From positions 1 through 16,129 of the forward strand of contig JBNJGP010000059.1 in assembly GCA_051747805.1 (NCBI GenBank): a DNA stretch of 16,129 nucleotides, given 5' to 3'. The translations under genes and the position numbers were made by a program. Position 1 is the first letter of the stretch. Each line of letters starts with the position of its first letter. The notes under the pieces were generated by a model. The model was not told the origin of the DNA and did no database searches. It saw nothing but the letters and a program-made list of their open reading frames with translations. This document shows positions 13,157 through 16,129 of this stretch, piece after piece. This DNA comes from Candidatus Muiribacteriota bacterium (GTDB lineage Bacteria > Muiribacteriota > Muiribacteriia > Muiribacteriales > Muiribacteriaceae).

Positions 13157-16129
13157 ATGAAAAAATATTTAATATGTATTTTATTTATCTTTTTAATAAT
13201 TCATGTTAATTCGGCTCCTCCAGCTCCTGGGGTGCATCATTTTTCTGTACCTAAAAAGACAAATATTAATATTGAAGAGGATTCTATTCAGAAAACCTCA
13301 TCACCTTTTTATACTTCACAAAAATCTATGCAGGCAAATCCTTCTGGTGCGAATAATCTAATAGTTATAAGAGTTGAAGGTGATAAACCAGATGAAAAAA
13401 TGGACCTTACTCTTTCTGAGGCACAGGATTTTTATTCTGACGTAAATAGTTATTACAATGAAAATTCATATGGACAATGCAGTGTATCTGCAATTTTTAC
13501 TGATATATATGTGCTTCCAGAGGATTTAAGCTATTATGGCCAGGGGATGGTTGATGGAAGTTATCGCTCGCTTGAGCTTGTTGAAGATGCTGTAGCTCTT
13601 GCCGACCCTCATGTTGATTTTAATAACTTTGACATTATTCAAGTTCTGCATGCAGGAACCGGAGAGGAAACAAGTGGCGACCCAGACGATATATGGTCTG
13701 TAAGATATTATAATATTTCAATTCCAACAAATGACGGGGTAACAATAAGTAGTGCTACAATTGTCCCTCAGAAACAGGATGGAGATTTTTCTTCTTTAGG
13801 GGTGGTGGTGCATGAACTTGGTCACGATATAGGTAATCTTCCAGATTTATATGACACAAAAGATGAGCCCACTAATGATGGAATTGGAGTGTGGGGAGTT
13901 ATGGGTTCAGGCACCTGGAACGGAATGGGGAATTCACCAGCACATTTTACAGCCTGGTCAAAAATTCATATGGGATGGATAACTCCGCTAGAAATCACAC
14001 AGAATGAAAATAATGTTGAAATACCATCCTCTTCCCAACAGGATTCTGTAATTAAAGTTGCCCAGAATCCAGATAATCCAACAGAGTATTTCTTAGTTGA
14101 AAACAGATATAAAACTTCTGGATTTGATTCGCAGAATCCCGCAAACGGTCTTTTAATATGGCATATTGATGAGGCTAAACTTAATATGGCAGACCCGACC
14201 GACCCTGATTCTAATAATAATAATGAAGCTCATAGACTTGTCAAACTCATGGAGGCACACGGCGATGACCTTCTTGATAATTATACTGGAAGTGGGGGAA
14301 CAGCAGGTGATATATGGAGCACAACAACGAATAATACTTTTTCATCAGAAAGCACTCCTAACAGCAACTGGTATAATGGAAACAATTCAAACCTTGAATT
14401 AAATTCAATAAGCGCCGTTTCTGAAACAATGACGGCAAATATTTCAGTAACTGAGGAAGTGGTTTCACCACCACAGATCCTGGCTTTTGAGACAAGAGAT
14501 GAAACAGCCAGTCAGGCTGCAAGCTTTGATATAGGAGAAACAGTATATATTTTTGTAGAGGAAGAACAGAATGAAGAAATCTCAACTGGTAATATTCAAA
14601 TAACAGATGGTGATTATGATTCAGGTAATATAGAGTTAATTTATGAAGGAAACGGTCAGCATACTTATGAATGGGTTTCTGATGGACGTAATTCTGGAAG
14701 TTATTCTATTAATTTAACTCTTGAAAATAGTGGAGGCATAACAAATTCTCAAATAAGTTTTGAGCTTGAATCTCCGGTAACTCCGCCGCAGATCCTGACC
14801 TTTCAGACAAGAGATGAAACAGGAAGTCAGGCTTCAAGCTTTGATATAGGAGAAACAGTATATATTTTTGTGGAGGAAGAACAGAATGAAGAAATCTCAA
14901 ACGGTAATATTCAAATAACAGGAGGAGATTATAATTCAGGTAATATAGAGTTGATTTATGAAGGAAACGGCCAGCATACTCATGAATGGTCCTCGCAAAA
15001 CAGAGAGGCTCAAAATTATTTAATTAATTTATATCTTGAAAATTCAGGTGGAGAAAAGGCACAGGAAATTTCTTTTTCTCTTGAGGATATTACTCCCTCA
15101 CCGGTTACATTGATTGAACCAGAAAATGAGGAGTTTTTAACTACCTATACTCCAACTTTTATGTGGCAGCTCCTTGAAGGCCAGGAAGACAGATATATTC
15201 TGGAAATTGCGCAAAATTCAGATTTTGCAGATATTTTATATACTTATTATTCCCCCGATAACAGCACAGATAATCATACTATACCCCATGGAGAGCTGGA
15301 AAATGATACTACTTATCACTGGCGGGTGTATGCTGAAAGAGATGGTTTTTCTTCTCCTGAGGACGCGCTTATAAGAAGCTTCAACATAGAAATAGATGAA
15401 GAAGCACCCTATATTATTTCAAATGAGCCTGAAAATCAGGCTGAAAATATCTATATAAATACAAATATAATAATTAATTTTAATAAAGAGCTTGATGAGG
15501 CAACAGTTAATACTTCAAATGTTTATCTGCGCTCAGGAGGAGCTGATATTCCTGCGGATGTAGAATATGCACCGGAAGAATTTCAGGTAATTTTAACTCC
15601 GACAGATTTTTTAAATTATAACAGTGATTTTATAATTACAGTAACTAATGATTTAATGGATATTAATGGAAATAACTTTGAAGAAACCTGGACTTCTGAA
15701 TTCAGCACGCAACTTTATCCTTCACTTGAGGAGTTTGAAGTTGTGAACAGACCAGGTGACGGTGGTGATTATTTTAATGTAAGCTGGGTAATAGCAGAAG
15801 ATATATCCAGTCAGATTAAGGAATATCTGTTTTATTATATTCAAAAAGATTCTGAATTTATACCAGAAGATACTCAGGAGGCAACTTTAATTTCAAAAAC
15901 ACCTGAGGAAGTTAACAACCCGGTAGAATGGGAAATAAATATTCCTGATTCAACTGAAAATCCATATAGTTTTGCAGTTAAATATATAACAGAGGAAGAT
16001 AAATCCTCCGAGTTTGCGTTTTCAGGACCTGCAACTTCAGAAGAAGATTTAAAAGTTTTAACCGAGGCAATATATGAGGTGGTACCATCAACAGCGCTGG
16101 CGGATACAAGGACAGAGATAAGCATATAC
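13157..16129 (+). CDS. Secreted M6-family (immune inhibitor A-like) zinc metalloprotease with Ig/FN3-like stalk; 3' end beyond window (not in ORF track)
   Basis: Hand translation from ATG 13157: signal peptide MKKYLICILFIFLIIHVNSA-PPAP; YYNENSYGQ; LHAGTGEE...DDIWS; GVVVHELGHDIGNLPDLYD (HExxH at 13811-13825); WGVMGSGTWNG...PAHFTAWSKIHMGW; EYFLVENR...GFD...GLLIWHIDE. I found no in-frame stop up to the window end (991 codons). Confidence 0.93.
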   Translation, partial: MKKYLICILFIFLIIHVNSAPPAPGVHHFSVPKKTNINIEEDSIQKTSSPFYTSQKSMQANPSGANNLIVIRVEGDKPDEKMDLTLSEAQDFYSDVNSYYNENSYGQCSVSAIFTDIYVLPEDLSYYGQGMVDGSYRSLELVEDAVALADPHVDFNNFDIIQVLHAGTGEETSGDPDDIWSVRYYNISIPTNDGVTISSATIVPQKQDGDFSSLGVVVHELGHDIGNLPDLYDTKDEPTNDGIGVWGVMGSGTWNGMGNSPAHFTAWSKIHMGWITPLEITQNENNVEIPSSSQQDSVIKVAQNPDNPTEYFLVENRYKTSGFDSQNPANGLLIWHIDEAKLNMADPTDPDSNNNNEAHRLVKLMEAHGDDLLDNYTGSGGTAGDIWSTTTNNTFSSESTPNSNWYNGNNSNLELNSISAVSETMTANISVTEEVVSPPQILAFETRDETASQAASFDIGETVYIFVEEEQNEEISTGNIQITDGDYDSGNIELIYEGNGQHTYEWVSDGRNSGSYSINLTLENSGGITNSQISFELESPVTPPQILTFQTRDETGSQASSFDIGETVYIFVEEEQNEEISNGNIQITGGDYNSGNIELIYEGNGQHTHEWSSQNREAQNYLINLYLENSGGEKAQEISFSLEDITPSPVTLIEPENEEFLTTYTPTFMWQLLEGQEDRYILEIAQNSDFADILYTYYSPDNSTDNHTIPHGELENDTTYHWRVYAERDGFSSPEDALIRSFNIEIDEEAPYIISNEPENQAENIYINTNIIINFNKELDEATVNTSNVYLRSGGADIPADVEYAPEEFQVILTPTDFLNYNSDFIITVTNDLMDINGNNFEETWTSEFSTQLYPSLEEFEVVNRPGDGGDYFNVSWVIAEDISSQIKEYLFYYIQKDSEFIPEDTQEATLISKTPEEVNNPVEWEINIPDSTENPYSFAVKYITEEDKSSEFAFSGPATSEEDLKVLTEAIYEVVPSTALADTRTEISIY
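14468..15097 (+). repeat. In-frame 315-bp (105-aa) tandem domain duplication within the M6 protease gene
   Basis: Copies start at 14468 and 14783 (PPQILAFETRDETASQAASFDIGETVY / PPQILTFQTRDETGSQASSFDIGETVY); 18 mismatches in the first 207 bp by hand alignment. Confidence 0.95.

Noticed and set aside
14468..14989. Possible DGR template/variable repeat pair
   Set aside because: Mismatches are not adenine-specific (include T/C, G/C, G/T), both copies are in-frame tandem domains, and no reverse transcriptase is present.
2912..16125. Short ORF-track entries overlapping the long genes (e.g. 2912-3106, 3583-3783, 4062-4292, 4520-4801, 5346-5609, 6592-6783, 7515-7829, 10731-11161, 12532-12738, 14166-16125)
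   Set aside because: Antisense or off-frame shadows of well-supported CDSs. Those beyond 13157 lie within the M6 protease gene, and the two MRFLHSVLP ORFs merely mirror the 315-bp duplication.

Overview
AT-rich bacterial window with all credible genes on the + strand. In order: a TPR-like gene (about 90-749) whose first ~125 bp have a different base composition and may be foreign or chimeric; an unannotated 42-aa ORF with a strong RBS and its own terminator (804-989); a ~600 bp intergenic patchwork of short tandem repeats and REP/MITE-like hairpins; a sigma70-type promoter driving a tightly coupled trio of a 2[4Fe-4S] ferredoxin-domain protein, a 515-aa protein of unknown function and a cNMP-binding/TPR protein with no DNA-binding domain; and a cluster of exported proteins. 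That cluster is a ~2680-aa acidic Ig/FN3-like protein with nine ~150-180-aa internal repeats and a T9SS-type-A/FlgD-like C-terminus, a lipoprotein, and an M6-family (InhA-like) zinc metalloprotease missing from the ORF track because it runs off the window (13157 to >16129). The protease shares its module order with the giant protein. The best candidates for novel biology are the ferredoxin/unknown/cNMP-TPR module and the common-stalk, variable-head secreted proteins. No rRNA, tRNA, CRISPR array or transposase was seen. All family calls come from reading motifs, not from database searches.
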